A stretch of 62,840 bases of DNA, counting the filler, from Basidiobolus ranarum (taxonomy: Eukaryota): assembly GCA_040143965.1 (NCBI GenBank). It is 3 parts of 3 records of this genome, joined end to end, with 100 filler letters (N's around TTAATTAATTAA, not from the genome) between each part and the next. Parts side by side here need not be neighbours in the genome. Positions count along the whole stretch, not along the records: positions 21,020 to 41,914 come from JASJQH010007094.1; 2 more parts are not named here. One strand, 5' to 3'. Positions within the stretch are counted from its first letter, which is position 1; every line of letters begins with the position of its first letter. Position numbers and translations under genes: made by a program. Positions 26,131 through 38,612 of this stretch are shown here, in pieces. The notes beneath the pieces are model-generated. The model made no database searches. It saw nothing but the letters and a program-made list of their open reading frames with translations, and was not told the origin of the DNA.

Positions 26131-27663
26131 ATGTCTGTTCAGCTTCCCACGCCGTGCTTGCGACAGATATTCCAGTGGCTGAAATTCGATAAAGATACCT
26201 GTTATAAACTTTGCTTTGTTAACCGCCTGTGGTCGGAGGCCTCAGTTTTATATCTTTATCGGGATCCCTGGGCCTTATTAGCAAATGAAAAATTTTCGCA
26301 AACTCAGCGGAAGTTAGCTATTACCAAATTACTCCGAACTTACCTGAGCTGTTTAGAGTATGATTCTTTTGACTCTGAAGAACTAGATGCAGTTACTACC
26401 ATAGATGCGCTATGCTCTGATATTGGTTATCTTGACCGTTTCTATCTTTTGATACAAAATTTCTTCAACCAGATGAACCCAATATTGGACGACTTAGAAC
26501 TTCAAGTTGCTGTAGAAGCCTTCGAAGCTATACATTATTCAGCACTCAACCGGCCCTTCTATGATTATCTTTACTTGGCACGTACTTTTGATTTGGTTGC
26601 ACTACAAGATTTTCTCCGTCTAGTCAAAGCAGATCCTTTTCCTTTTTTGAGTTTTGAATATACATCAGAAGAAGTCTTAGTAGACCAGAGATTGGCCTTG
26701 AAACTTTGGAGTGTGACTAGAAGTAGGTGCGCACCTTGCATCACTAGTCTAACTTTGAACGCTATAATCCCTTTGAAAGAGATCTTCCCAGAGCCATTAA
26801 GCTTTTATTCTTTGACACATTTGAAGATACTATGGAAACAAGATCAAATGCCAAATCAACTGCCTGATAACCACCTAAAATTCATAGCTACATCATGCCA
26901 TAATCTTGAAGTGCTACATCTTACTGCTGAAAGTCGGTTAACTCCAATTCTTGATAAAGATATAGCCGAGGTTATCAGAAATCAACGACCAGGTTCTCTT
27001 AGAGAGTTGAAAATTTCCGGAGTAAGCGACCTTTTAACTGAAACCTTAGAGGCTCTATTAGAGCAACATCGTGGAAGTCTGACTTCATTGAAGATATCTA
27101 AGAATGACTCTGGTCGGATTCCACTCACCAAAATCACATCTTTCCCAAATCTGAAAACTTTAGAGCTAGTGGATTGCTTCGTCAGAGATAGAGACATCGA
27201 ATATATAGCAAGTCATGGGGCCCCTTTGAAGAAAATCGTTCTACGTAAATTACATCAAGTCACCTGGAGAGGTATCCGAAATTTGATTCAAAAATCCGGA
27301 TTAAACTTACGAAAATTAGTAGTTCATGAAATACAAGAGCACACTATCGATTCGGAGACGGTGGCAGTGATTGCACAGAATTGTCAAAACTTGCAGCATT
27401 TTCAAATCGAAATGATTCGTATCGACAATTTCGATTTGGCTGGCCTTCTTGGTCGTTGCCATAAGTTGAAGTACTTGTCTTTTGGTGAATTGTCTAGTAA
27501 CTTGCCCTCAGATGGCGATCAGCTGGTAAATGTCATTTTAGATAATTGTCCTCTGCTGAAATATTTGTATGCTCCAGAAATGGTCACGACTGAGTCGGCA
27601 CTCCAAGCTCTGTTACAACATCGTCAGTTAGAGAAGATATCTTTACCTACTATTCTTCTTTAA
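26131..27663 (+). CDS. F-box / leucine-rich-repeat (RNI-like) protein
   Basis: N-terminal LPTPCLRQIF..LCFVNRLWSEASVLYLYRDPW F-box-like motif and C-terminal LRR-like repeats (CHNLEVLHL, FPNLKTLEL, CQNLQHFQI, CPLLKYL). Confidence 0.8.
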   Translation: MSVQLPTPCLRQIFQWLKFDKDTCYKLCFVNRLWSEASVLYLYRDPWALLANEKFSQTQRKLAITKLLRTYLSCLEYDSFDSEELDAVTTIDALCSDIGYLDRFYLLIQNFFNQMNPILDDLELQVAVEAFEAIHYSALNRPFYDYLYLARTFDLVALQDFLRLVKADPFPFLSFEYTSEEVLVDQRLALKLWSVTRSRCAPCITSLTLNAIIPLKEIFPEPLSFYSLTHLKILWKQDQMPNQLPDNHLKFIATSCHNLEVLHLTAESRLTPILDKDIAEVIRNQRPGSLRELKISGVSDLLTETLEALLEQHRGSLTSLKISKNDSGRIPLTKITSFPNLKTLELVDCFVRDRDIEYIASHGAPLKKIVLRKLHQVTWRGIRNLIQKSGLNLRKLVVHEIQEHTIDSETVAVIAQNCQNLQHFQIEMIRIDNFDLAGLLGRCHKLKYLSFGELSSNLPSDGDQLVNVILDNCPLLKYLYAPEMVTTESALQALLQHRQLEKISLPTILL

Positions 27664-27901
27664 ATCTTTTAATATGTAAATAAATTATTTCCTCATTGTA
27701 AATCAAAAGCATATCAATTTGTTTTTAATGATTTTTCATTTATTAATTTGGTAGTGGTTGCCAATATCGCCTGTGATGAGTGCTATGGTGAATCAAAATG
27801 GAAAGTTGGTGGGGTTTAGAATGCAAGTATCTATAAGTGTAGGAGACCTATAACGAATGTCAAGGTGTGATGGTCGTTCATGACATAGGTATCTGAGCTA
27901 A

Positions 27902-29120
27902 TCAAATGGAATCGAGTAGAGTGCTAAGAACACTGACAATTTTATCACCAACTTCAGTAGTGCCCTTCTCACCGCCAAGATCCTTGGTTCTGTAACCATA
28001 TCCACCAGCCTTTGTCTCGTCCAATACCTTCTTAACTGCATTTTCAATAGCCTTAGCTTCGGCTTCCATGTTAAGAGAGTATCTCAAGAGTAGAGCAGCA
28101 CTAAGGATAGTTCCAATGGGATTGGCAATTCCTTGACCTGCAATGTCAGGAGCAGAGCCATGAATAGGCTCATAAAGTCCAAGACATTTCCCTTTTCCAT
28201 CAGGAAGACCACTCAAGGAAGCAGATGGCAAGAGGCCAAGGGAACCGGGAATTACGCTAGCTTCATCACTTAGAATATCACCAAACATATTTTCGGTCAC
28301 AATAACGCCATTGAGAAGACGAGGATTGCGGATCATATGCATGGCTGCAGAATCGACGAGATGATGATCTAGAGGAACGGTAGGAAATTCACTTTCAATG
28401 ATCTCAGTAACGGTTTTACGCCACAAGCGAGATGTAGCAAGAACGTTAGCTTTATCGATTGAGTGGATAGGAAGTGGGGGATTATGCTGAATTGCCAAAT
28501 GCGCGGCCAAGCGCGTGATACGGCGGATTTCTTCAGCACTGTATGGCATTGTATCGACAGCCTGACCGTCTTCATCAGCTTCTTTTCTTTGACCGAAGTA
28601 AATTCCACCGCATAATTCACGGATGATAATGTATTCAGTTCCTCGAACAATTTCTTCTTTGAGGGGACTTGTGGCTACCAAAGAATCACTGGCAAAGCTA
28701 ACAGGACGAATATTGGCATATAGATCGAGAGTTTTTCTGAGATCAAGAAGACCTTGTTCAGGACGAGGAGTCAGACCTTTGGAAGGATCATTAGGATCAA
28801 TGGGACGAGGCCACTGAGGGCCACCAACAGCTCCTAAAAGAATAGCATCGGCATTTTTACACGCTTCCAGAGTTTCAGCTGGGAATGGTACACCTAGATT
28901 ACATAATAAATAAAATGCCAGAAGATATAGAAAAGAAGTACTAATTACCAGTAGCATCAATAGCAGCACCACCAAACTTTGCATCAGTGAATTCAAACTT
29001 CTGACCAGTTACTTGAGAACGTTTTTCAGCAACACATTTCAAAACTTTAACAGCTTCTGTAGTGATTTCAGGGCCGATACCATCACCGGCAAGTACAACG
29101 ATTTTATAAGAGTTGGTCAT
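27902..29120 (-). CDS. LEU2: 3-isopropylmalate dehydrogenase; exons 29120..28949 and 28893..27902
   Basis: [62 protein letters not shown] and [13 protein letters not shown]. Confidence 0.97.
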
Positions 29121-30256
29121 ATGATATAATTTAAACAATCAAACAGTAGAAAAATAAAATCTGACTAAGGCGCTTGTTAAAGAAACTTCACCTGCTGAAG
29201 AATAATGTGAACGTGTATTGAGAGAGCTAGAACGAGTAAAGCTTATTTAAACGAATCCAAAACCCGTATCATCTGACGAATAATGACTCCCACCAGCTCA
29301 GAAGCAGGTTTTGGATAACGTGAGGTAAGTAGCATATATGATTGATTCAGATCATGCCATAGGATATAATTCAAGGCATCTAATATATTCTTGGAGAGAT
29401 ATATCATCTGAATGCACACTGAATGCGCTTCAGTGGAACAATGAGGACAAGCGATCGCCTTAAAGTTGAATTAGAGTAGTACAGCCTCGTGAACTTTAAT
29501 GAGGTGACGCTTCCTTATCTGGCCTCATCGGTAGCCTTCCAGCTGAATTTGGATTGTACGTAGACATGGTTGGTAAGTAGAGGACTGACTCGGAGTGAAT
29601 CACGTTCACCTATTTTCATAAAAACCCATGTTTGGTAATAACAAACTTTGGGGCTTTGATCCTCACATGAATGCAGGTTGAATGATTTCCACTTTTTGTA
29701 CTGGTAATTATCCATGGGAATTTGGCCAGTCGTGTGAACCAAATGAAGCAATGGCATATTTTATCAAGCGCTTGAAAGTGTAATGAAGCGTAGAAACGAA
29801 GACGCGTAATGAACCGCATATTCGGAATGCGCTCTATATCTCAAGAGATATCGCTAAATAGTGATGAGTATTGAATCGTCATCCAGAGTGTTCAGATTGT
29901 GCATTGACTGGCTGGTGTAATGACTCAGTATTTGTACATTGACTTGTGGCCTGTGATCTTGTTGATAATCGGAAAAGTTTGCCTTAACTTCTTTGTAGTG
30001 CTTGGTGACATGAACTTGGCCCATTAGAGATTTTAGCCAATCAAGCTGCATTTTTTAGCAATATTTATTCTTATTTTGGGTCAAAGAATCGTTGGGTATC
30101 ATGTGCATACAAAGTGAATTGCATTGATTCTAATCTAAACCATTGTCAATTAATGAAACAACGCTAAAAAGTAGTGCTCCGTATAAATATCCACTTTCTC
30201 CATCCTCAATCTCATCATCTTTCGGTTGCATTTTCAATTGATTTTAATCTTTCGCA
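29121..30256. promoter_or_regulatory. Divergent LEU2/ILV5 promoter region with Gcn4/CpcA-like TGACTC elements
   Basis: TGACTC at 29284 and 29586, ATGACTCA at 29920, TATAAATA at ~30182 upstream of ILV5. Confidence 0.45.
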
Positions 30257-31509
30257 ATGAACGCCGCCCGTGCTTCCTTCAGAGTACTTGCTAGAGCCTC
30301 TACCGTCTCTAGACAGCCCCTTCGTCAGCTATCAATGGCAACTATGCGTCCAGTCTTCAAAACTGCTGCACAAGCCACTGCTTTGAAGGTAATTTTTATA
30401 TATGTAATATTGAGCTTTGAACATTCCGATTAAATTTACTTTGTAAATAGGTTCAATCTCGTAGCATCAAGACTCTTAACTTTGGTGGCACTGAGGAAAC
30501 TGTGTACGAACGTGCTGATTATCCTAAAGAGAAAATCCAACAAATATTTGCTAAGGATACTCTAACTGTTCTTGGTTATGGCCCCCAAGGTCGTGGTCAA
30601 GCTTTGAATATGCGTGATAATGGTCTTAATGTCATACTTGGTCAACGTAAGGGTAAAACTTACGATCAAGCTGTTGAAGAGGGTTGGATTCCAGGAAAGA
30701 ATCTTTTCTCTATTGAGGAAGCTTGTGATAAGGGTACCGTCATCATGAACTTACTTTCCGATGCTGCTCAAAAAGAGTTATGGCCTACCGTTAAGCCTTA
30801 CCTCACTAAAGGCAAAACCATTTACTTCTCCCACGGATTCTCAGTAGTTTATAAAGAAGATACTGGTGTAATCCCTCCCAGTGATGTAGATGTTATCCTT
30901 GCCGCTCCTAAGGGCTCCGGATTCACCGTCCGTCGCCTTTTCCAGCAAGGTCGTGGTATTAACTCATCCTTTGCTGTGTTCCAAGATTTCTCTGGAAATG
31001 CCAAAGAGAGAGCCATTGCTCTTGGGGTTGGAATCGGTTCCGGTTATTTATATGAAACCACTTTTGAGAAAGAAGTATACTCTGACTTGACTGGTGAGCG
31101 TGGTATTCTTATGGGTGCTATTCAAGGTGCTTTCCAAGCACAATATGAAGTCTTACGTTCCCATGGTCACTCTCCCTCCGAAGCGTTCAATGAAACCGTT
31201 GAGGAAGCCACTCAATCCCTTTATCCTTTGATTGGTGAAAAGGGAATGGATTGGATGTATTCCAACTGCTCAACCACCGCACAACGTGGTGCTCTTGACT
31301 GGTGGAAACCATTCTATAAAGCCACTAAGCCTGTCTTTGAAGAATTGTATGAATCAGTTGCCAACGGAAGTGAAACTCGTCGCTCTCTCGATAAGAACTC
31401 TAAACCCAACTACCGTGAGGAACTTGAGAAAGAATTGGAAGAGATTCGTGAAAGCGAAATGTGGCGTGCTGGAAAGACTGTTCGTAGTCTTCGTCCCGAA
31501 AACAATTAA
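30257..31509 (+). CDS. ILV5: Ketol-acid reductoisomerase, mitochondrial; exons 30257..30388 and 30451..31509
   Basis: Arg-rich presequence, LGYGPQGRGQALNMRD, YFSHGF, APKGSG, EVYSDLTGERG, NCSTTAQRGALDW and VRSLRPEN. Confidence 0.97.
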
Positions 31510-32728
31510 ATCTGTAGCATAAAAGGAATTGATATTCATTCACCGTATTAGCCAGTTCATAATTTTTTAAAAAGCATCCCCCATATTTATCCCTTATTAG
31601 AACGTCGATTCAATATTACGTTATATACATTTCTTTTCACATTTGTAACATTTCGCTTTTCATTTAATGATTGAGTGATATTTCCAAATAAATCCTTCAA
31701 TTAACAAGCTACAGATTATTCACATTTAAAAGAAAAGGCTTTTCAACGAGTTTCATCGATACCTTGAATCACTTACTAAACGCAGAGATTCAGACACACT
31801 GAGCTGAACATGAGGCTTGTGTTCGTGGATTCAGTTCATTCTAGTCTCAAAGCCTTGTTTGCTCATTTGAATCAGATATCTTCATTACTCACAATAAGGC
31901 TTCACTGGAACCTAGTTTCGACTAGACACTCACACAATATATCTTTATGGAGAGGGAATTGGTTTTACTCCATTATTTCCATAAATCGAAGGTACTTTTA
32001 ACTGGTAGAAAAAAGGGCCATTCAAATTTATGAATAAGTCTATGTACGGATTCGGAAATTAAAAACCCACATGATTTAGCCGTCTATCCAGGACATCCAG
32101 ACAAGTCTCGATTCCTCTCGGATGAGCATGGAAGAGAAATTGGAAACCGGCTAAAGGTACACCCGATTTTCTGGAAATCAATATTTAGCATGGCATGTAG
32201 TTCGACATGGACATATGTCAGTAGATACATATAGATATTTGCTATTTATTGTTAAAAAGCAATAATGATCAAGTAATGAATATGTCGAGGTAGATGATAA
32301 GTGAGAAATTATCAACATTGAAAGGAAGAAAATGTGAGTGGGATGGGGATTGCGATTGGGTTGATAGGTAGGTGTATGTGAAGTAGCCTTGTTCGAAAGG
32401 AAAAGAATGGCCAACCCAAGCTGGATCATTTCAAAATTGTACGCGAAGATGGATGATGTTGATTTTGACAAGATAGAGAGAAGTACGTAGTTTACAAAAT
32501 TCCCTTGAAATTTAGGAAACCAATGGAGGTGGTAAAAGGATAGTGTGTAACTTAAGTTAAGGTGGAGTATTTCGATGTGATCTCAGCATTATCGTAGTTG
32601 CGAAGTCAATTTATGGATCCATAATAACCAGTTCTTGCGATGAGAGGAAATGCTAAGATAATGTGTGGAAAAAAATTACAATCTTAAAGAATAGAAATAA
32701 CCCTGATCTCATGGTAGAGTGATGTCAT

Positions 32729-33951
32729 TTAGCTCTGGCTGATGGAAGCCTTTCTGCTTCGAAAAAGCGAGGTTAAGGCGCTTTTGACGGTCTCGCTTTT
32801 GTTGCCACTTGACATACGGCGGACTAAGCCTATACCTCTTGGGGAAGCTTGACTCAAGGATGATGTGGGAGTGGATGACAATGGCATAACCTGATCTTCC
32901 TCTTCAGAGGAATCCAAAATATAAGCTTCGTTTGCAGTATCAACTCGGGTTGTGTTGATAGCAAGTGGTCGTGTTGAACTACCTATACCAATATTATACG
33001 AGCCTGCATCTGATGAATCGCTATCTTCATGTGTGACCAAACTCTCCATGGCAGCAAAAGAACTAAATTCGTCAGCTTTGAATGTCTTGGATAAAGCCAC
33101 CTCTTGCTCGCAAGATTTGGGAAGTGGGAATGGATCATCAACGGTAACATCCGCATTCAAATCCGAAAAATGGCGACATAATGGACAAAGGAAACCGGGC
33201 TTGGTAGCAACCATAGAGCGAACACATTTGAAATGGAAAGCGTGTGAACAAGGTGCTACAAATAAGGCCTGAAGCTGAGATATAGGGTATAAGCAAATAC
33301 AGCATTCCTCTTTCCTATAATTACACCCAGTCTCAGTGTCTACAGTAAGTGATCTAAGCGTTTTTAAAGCATTCTCTCTGTTATGAAGTAACATCAACAA
33401 AACGTTAGTTTAATAGTTTGAAATGGCTCGAATCACTAGTAAAAATGAAAATTACCTATACTCTTCGGACATTTTCATCTTTCCGTAGTGGTTGAACTCG
33501 ATCTTCATACGAACACAACGATACACTTCTTCGTGACCGCCTTGATAATCGACACCCAGTTGAACAATGTCGCCATCTCTGAGGGAATGAGGCTTACTCT
33601 CGCAACCAGGCGGACTCAAACGCGAGTTATTCAAGAAAGTACCAGAAGAAGATTTTATATCACGGATAAAAAACTTTGAAAATAAATCGGATTAATAAAG
33701 GAAAGGAATATCAGATATGTCAGCATACAACTTACCTCTCCCTTAACGCACCATACCTCGGCATGGCCTCTGCTAACAACCTTGCTTTTGAAAGCAATTC
33801 TTAGGGGCGATTGTGCTTTCTCGGTAAATCTTCCGATTTTGAGGACTGTTCCTTCGGGTACGTCGGACTCAATGATAGGGAAATATAAAGATTTGTTGAT
33901 ATCCACAATATGAGGAACAATACGAATATGAGGTATTTGTTGAGTAGCCAT
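32729..33951 (-). CDS. FHA + RING-H2 E3 ubiquitin ligase (Dma1/Dma2-like); exons 33951..33736, 33673..33456, 33377..32729
   Basis: FHA motifs IGRF, FKSKVVSRGHAE, DIKSSSGTFLN and DGDIVQLGVDYQGG. RING: ECCICL..QALFVAPCSHAFHFKC..CPLCR. Confidence 0.92.
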
Positions 33952-35518
33952 TGAAAGGAATATGTACTTTTAAAAAATTGAGACGACGGGTAAGTTAAAG
34001 AAATACAAAAGGAGAATAGAATGGAAAGAAACTCTTCACTTTTCAAAAAAGAAATTGATTACAATGGTAAAAAAGAAACAATTGAAATGGGGAAATGGGC
34101 AGCGACAGAATAATTCGATTTGAAAAATCGTGTGAAACTGGTCAGGATCCACACATTTATATTCGAAGTATTTGCGTGAGGAAGGATAGACAGAAGGCAA
34201 ATGAACATTATTCTGTGGAATATCTGATGATGCGACACATCCAAATATAGAAGTGGATTTTAATTAACGCGAACTGAGATATACGGGTATTTAGATTTTT
34301 CCTCGATGAATATTCCTGACACCCGCAATGAAGACAACAATCAGATTAACCACCATGTTAACACGGTTTAACAGCGTTTCACTCAACTTCACACAATAAT
34401 AGGTGATGATCGGGGATGTTCTGGTATGGCATGAGGGGCCTATCCAAATAAGGCGTATCAATATCCGCATCCTTTCAAGGCGATACCATATATAATAATG
34501 GAGTACTGGGTGCATCTTGATAACAGACGAAATATGTACTATCTTAATCACTTTCTGACCTTTTCAGACGCTTTCGGACGCTTTGAGATTATCAAATAGA
34601 GGTTTTATGCAGTTTGGCCCTGGTGTTAAGAATGATTCTCCTCTTTTGTACAAGTGCTCATTTTGGTTCGGTTGGATACATATGATTCAATACTGACTGA
34701 AATATGTGAACATGAAGTCAGTTGTTAAGCTTACTTATGATATCATCATTTCTCTGCTATTCATGGAGAATACCTTTTCCGAAGGGTTCTTGGGATTTTA
34801 GTTTAAGAGATGGCTTTAGTGCAGATGGTAACAGAATATCCTAAACAATATAGAATCGCGGCTAAATATGGTTTAGTGTTAAAAGATATTACAGTCTGAT
34901 AACATCAGAACCCTGGTTTCTACATAGCCAATCCCCAATCACCATCGGCCAATTCAAAAAAAGGTCTAGAACCGGACGTATTTTATTTACGAGTATGTCC
35001 TTAGCCACTTTTACCAAATATTATCACTCACTGTGGATCGTCCCAGCCTGTATTATTTCTTTCAATGGTTTATTATTATTATTCGCGAAATCTAAATGCA
35101 AACCTAATTGTTTTGTTTAGTTATTGTATAGAGATTTCAAATATTGCTTAATGTTTGACTTAACTATTATGAATACTGCTTTAAAGTTTCCTCATATAGA
35201 ATAGCAATTATAAATATGAAAATCTGTAATAGTTGACATTTTGACATTTCTTTGAAAGTTTAATTAATGTAATTTTATCTTAATAAGCTAATTGCTCTCA
35301 TAAACTAGACTGTTGACATGGCTAATGATAAAGTGGCTGAATTGCGCCAGATTATTTCTCAAAGTTCAAAAGTTAAGCATGGAATTCATTGTACGATTAG
35401 GTGAGTTTGACACCAACATACGTGATTTTAACGTGGGAAAATGGGGTTTCTATCCGTCAATACGTAAGCAATTGCATTAAATATACTTCGAGAAATATTC
35501 ATAATAGTGTATACAATT

Positions 35519-36487
35519 ATGACCTCCAAGAGCGATAATCCTTACGAAACCGACGTTCAAGTCAGCCAATATTGCGACTTTCACTATGGCCCACCAACTC
35601 CTATACGTGAAGTTGAACCCTTTCCAGTGGTGATTGCCCGCATTTGTGAAGCAGTTGTTCGTAACAGTCAGTTCTGGGATAAGCAAGCAAATGCACCCAA
35701 GAATGGCCCTCTACGTAGTTTTGACTTGGGTTGTGCAGTTGGTCGTTCGACTTTAGAGCTTGCCAAAACTTTCGACCAAGTAGTAGGGGCAGATTACTCT
35801 AACCGCTTTGTTGAAACTGGTGCGGAAGTGGCCAAAAATAAGAAGGTCAAGTTTTCAGCACTACTTGAGGGCTCTATCTTTTCTCATCACGAGGTGATTC
35901 TTGGCCAAGGAAATGTGCCACTAACTGGTGCAGATGGTCAATCTCTTATCAAAGATATTTTCGGTGGTATTCCTGCTACCGAAGCTATGGACTCAAAGGC
36001 TGTAGAGAAATTGACTGAGAGAATTACTTTTATGCAACAAGATGCTTGTAACTTGACGACTGAACCTGAACTTTATAACTTCCACTGTGTACTTGCAGCT
36101 AACCTTATCGACCGCCTATATGAGCCTCAATTATTTTTGAATTCTATTCATGAACGTATTGTACCTGGCGGATTTTTAGTGTTACTCTCGCCTTATACTT
36201 GGTTACCTGAATACACACCAATTGAACATTGGGTAGGTGGAAAAAGCTCCAATGGCGAGGTAACTATGACTAAGGATGGTTTAAAGCAAGTTCTTTCGAA
36301 GAACTTTGAACTCGTAGAAATCACACCCATCAACCCGGATTTTGAGGATTTGAATACTCCTACATCCGTAGAACCCAAAGATAAGAAAACAATCACTTCT
36401 TTCCATGTTCCATTTGTCATACGCGAAACTCATCGTAAGTATCAACACAGTTTCTCAGAGTGTACTATTTGGCGTAGACTTGAGTAA
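35519..36487 (+). CDS. Stand-alone SAM-dependent methyltransferase resembling the OvoA C-terminal (mercaptohistidine N-methyltransferase) domain; intronless
   Basis: NPYETDVQVSQYCDFHYG, DLGCAVGRSTLELA, DACNL, LAANLIDRLYEP, SPYTWL, W.GG and PFVIRETHRKYQH resemble, from my recall of the family, the OvoA C-terminal methyltransferase. Confidence 0.8.
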   Translation: MTSKSDNPYETDVQVSQYCDFHYGPPTPIREVEPFPVVIARICEAVVRNSQFWDKQANAPKNGPLRSFDLGCAVGRSTLELAKTFDQVVGADYSNRFVETGAEVAKNKKVKFSALLEGSIFSHHEVILGQGNVPLTGADGQSLIKDIFGGIPATEAMDSKAVEKLTERITFMQQDACNLTTEPELYNFHCVLAANLIDRLYEPQLFLNSIHERIVPGGFLVLLSPYTWLPEYTPIEHWVGGKSSNGEVTMTKDGLKQVLSKNFELVEITPINPDFEDLNTPTSVEPKDKKTITSFHVPFVIRETHRKYQHSFSECTIWRRLE

Positions 36488-37178
36488 ATGTGGAATACTG
36501 GAAACTTGGCTATTTTGAATGCATTACTTAAAATTCCATTGAAAAAATTAAATTTGTATGCTAGTTGATACTATAGTTACTGCATCTACAATCATATATA
36601 TCCTAGATTTGGCTTAGAAATTATTATCTGCATCGTTCAGCGTGATGCTTCAAGTTATTCTTACTGATCTGCAGGTTAACATCTAAATTGCATCTTAAAA
36701 TCAATTGTATAAATATATTCCTTTCGTCCTATAACACAGTATCATTTCCTGCACGGTTTAACAAGTTTTGTATTCTTTCCTCCAATTGCTATTTGGCAAG
36801 TCTAGCTTACCTAAATACACTATGGGTTCAGTGAATATATTATGGAGGGAACAAAATCAATCTATGTGTTAAATACGAACTAAACAATGAATGGGTGCAC
36901 ATAAAGAAATAGAACATAAATACGTCAATAAGTAAAGTTAAGGATATCCATTATTAAAGTCGATGTTAAGACGGATTTTTCTAAGGAATATTGGTTCGTG
37001 TATTAGTACATAGCGTATAGAATTATATTATCAAGGAGATAGCTGTATGAATGTATGTTGGTTGATAGAGGACTAAAATCACAATGGTTAGCATGTAGAA
37101 TGTATAGTACAATGGTTAAGAAAGACATGAGAGTTTAACGTAAAGAAACAAAATTATGTTGGTTGAAGTCACAATCTT

Positions 37179-37427
37179 CTAATATTCCTCGTCATCTTCA
37201 TAATGGTGTGGAAAAGAGACGTAATCAGAAGCGAAGATATCTTCATAGGATTTACGACGAATTGGAGGACTTCGTAAAATGTCAGCTACTGAAAATGGAT
37301 TCCATGCTTCTTTTGGTACTATAGTAGCCTGAACGTTCACTGTGGTAGTATGGTTGGTGGAACGATGTGATTTTAATGGTACACTATCTGTCGTTCTTTT
37401 GGGTGGTTCAATATGGAAATGAGCCAT
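37179..37427 (-). CDS. Small hypothetical protein (82 aa)
   Basis: Isolated ORF with an upstream TATAAATA (~37510, minus strand) and an acidic C-terminus DYVSFPHHYEDDEEY. No family recognised. Confidence 0.5.
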   Translation of the reverse strand: MAHFHIEPPKRTTDSVPLKSHRSTNHTTTVNVQATIVPKEAWNPFSVADILRSPPIRRKSYEDIFASDYVSFPHHYEDDEEY

Positions 37428-38165
37428 CGATAATGAAATAGAGGTTAAAGAGTTAAGTTTTGGGATTACAAAGTAGATGTTGTAAAGGAGTGAGCACTCA
37501 ACCTAGTCTATTTATACTTAACGTGCATGCGATGTTTCTCCACGAATAGCACCTTCAGATGTCCGGAATCGTAATGCAGCTTCACATGGCCACGAGGTAA
37601 ATCAGCTACTAGTACAATATTATAACTTGAGATAGCGTGGTGTTGTAAGAATATATTCAGAGTTATTAATCAGTATGTATAAATTGTATGTATAAATAGC
37701 CTATGTTGTATGTATCAACCGTATATATACAATTCAAACATGTTACATTAATCCGACCGTGTATTGAAGTTCTTTAGTGCGAGCCTCGTTGGAAACCCGT
37801 ATGGATGTATTAGGGTTAGAAGTAATTCTTGTATTATCTTCATTGATAAAGTACAGTTTAACATCGTTTCAAGATCAAGAAACCATTATTAACGAATGAT
37901 GGTTGCGGGCCAATACTGTTTGTTTAGAAATCAGGTTTATGGTTCCTTCAAAGCTCGTTAATTCTCGACATCATCAGGTCTTTTAAAACGCAGCACTTGC
38001 TTTTATTCTCAAAGAGAAAATGGAACACAGGAAGCAAACATCAGAGTGCTTTTAAAGATAATTCGGGCATCAGGAAACCATCGTTTGTTCTGGAAATAAT
38101 AGAATTATTGTTTATTATTGAAGATTCTCCATATTATTAAGTAACAAGTAGTTCCAGAGCACTAT

Positions 38166-38612
38166 TTAAGTATGATAAATAAATTGAACGCCGTCGATAT
38201 CGAAGTCTGCGTAGGTTTTGACATGTGGGCCTCTATTAAAGTTGAAATTGCTGGTGCTTACGGTTCCATCATCATTGATTTTTTCAACCACAGCTACGTG
38301 ACCTTGAGCTCCAGTTCCTTGTGTAAATCCAGGTAAAACGATAATAGAGGGTACTCTAGGCTCTCGTGACACCTTCCATCCTTGATGCTTTCGAGCACTA
38401 TTTGCCCAGGTTTCAGCGTTGCCTCCCCACTCAGTACGATGTCCAGTTAGCTGGTAATACCTAGCATCTGCCCAATCCGTACATTGCCCATTTCCAAAGC
38501 GAAATTCCAAAGAGACTTCTCTCGCTTGTCTTTTACGGACTGATAAAGGGTGGACAAAACTTAGATAGATGGTAAGTATAAGCAGTATAGTTTGAATTTT
38601 GAAGGAAACCAT
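38166..38612 (-). CDS. Secreted CHAP-domain protein (putative peptidoglycan amidase/endopeptidase), intronless
   Basis: Signal peptide, VRKR dibasic site, then GQCTDWA (catalytic Cys), WGGNAETW and GHVAVVE (His/Glu). Confidence 0.88.
   Translation of the reverse strand: MVSFKIQTILLILTIYLSFVHPLSVRKRQAREVSLEFRFGNGQCTDWADARYYQLTGHRTEWGGNAETWANSARKHQGWKVSREPRVPSIIVLPGFTQGTGAQGHVAVVEKINDDGTVSTSNFNFNRGPHVKTYADFDIDGVQFIYHT

Noticed and set aside
27770-27900. GTGATGA...CTGA, a possible box C/D snoRNA
   Set aside because: No convincing terminal stem or rRNA guide, and it overlaps the LEU2 3' UTR in antisense.
35317-35540. Possible upstream exon (MANDKVAEL..|GTGAGT) for the methyltransferase
   Set aside because: Splicing to the AG at 35506-35507 is out of frame and hits a stop, and it does not resemble the OvoA N-terminal domains.
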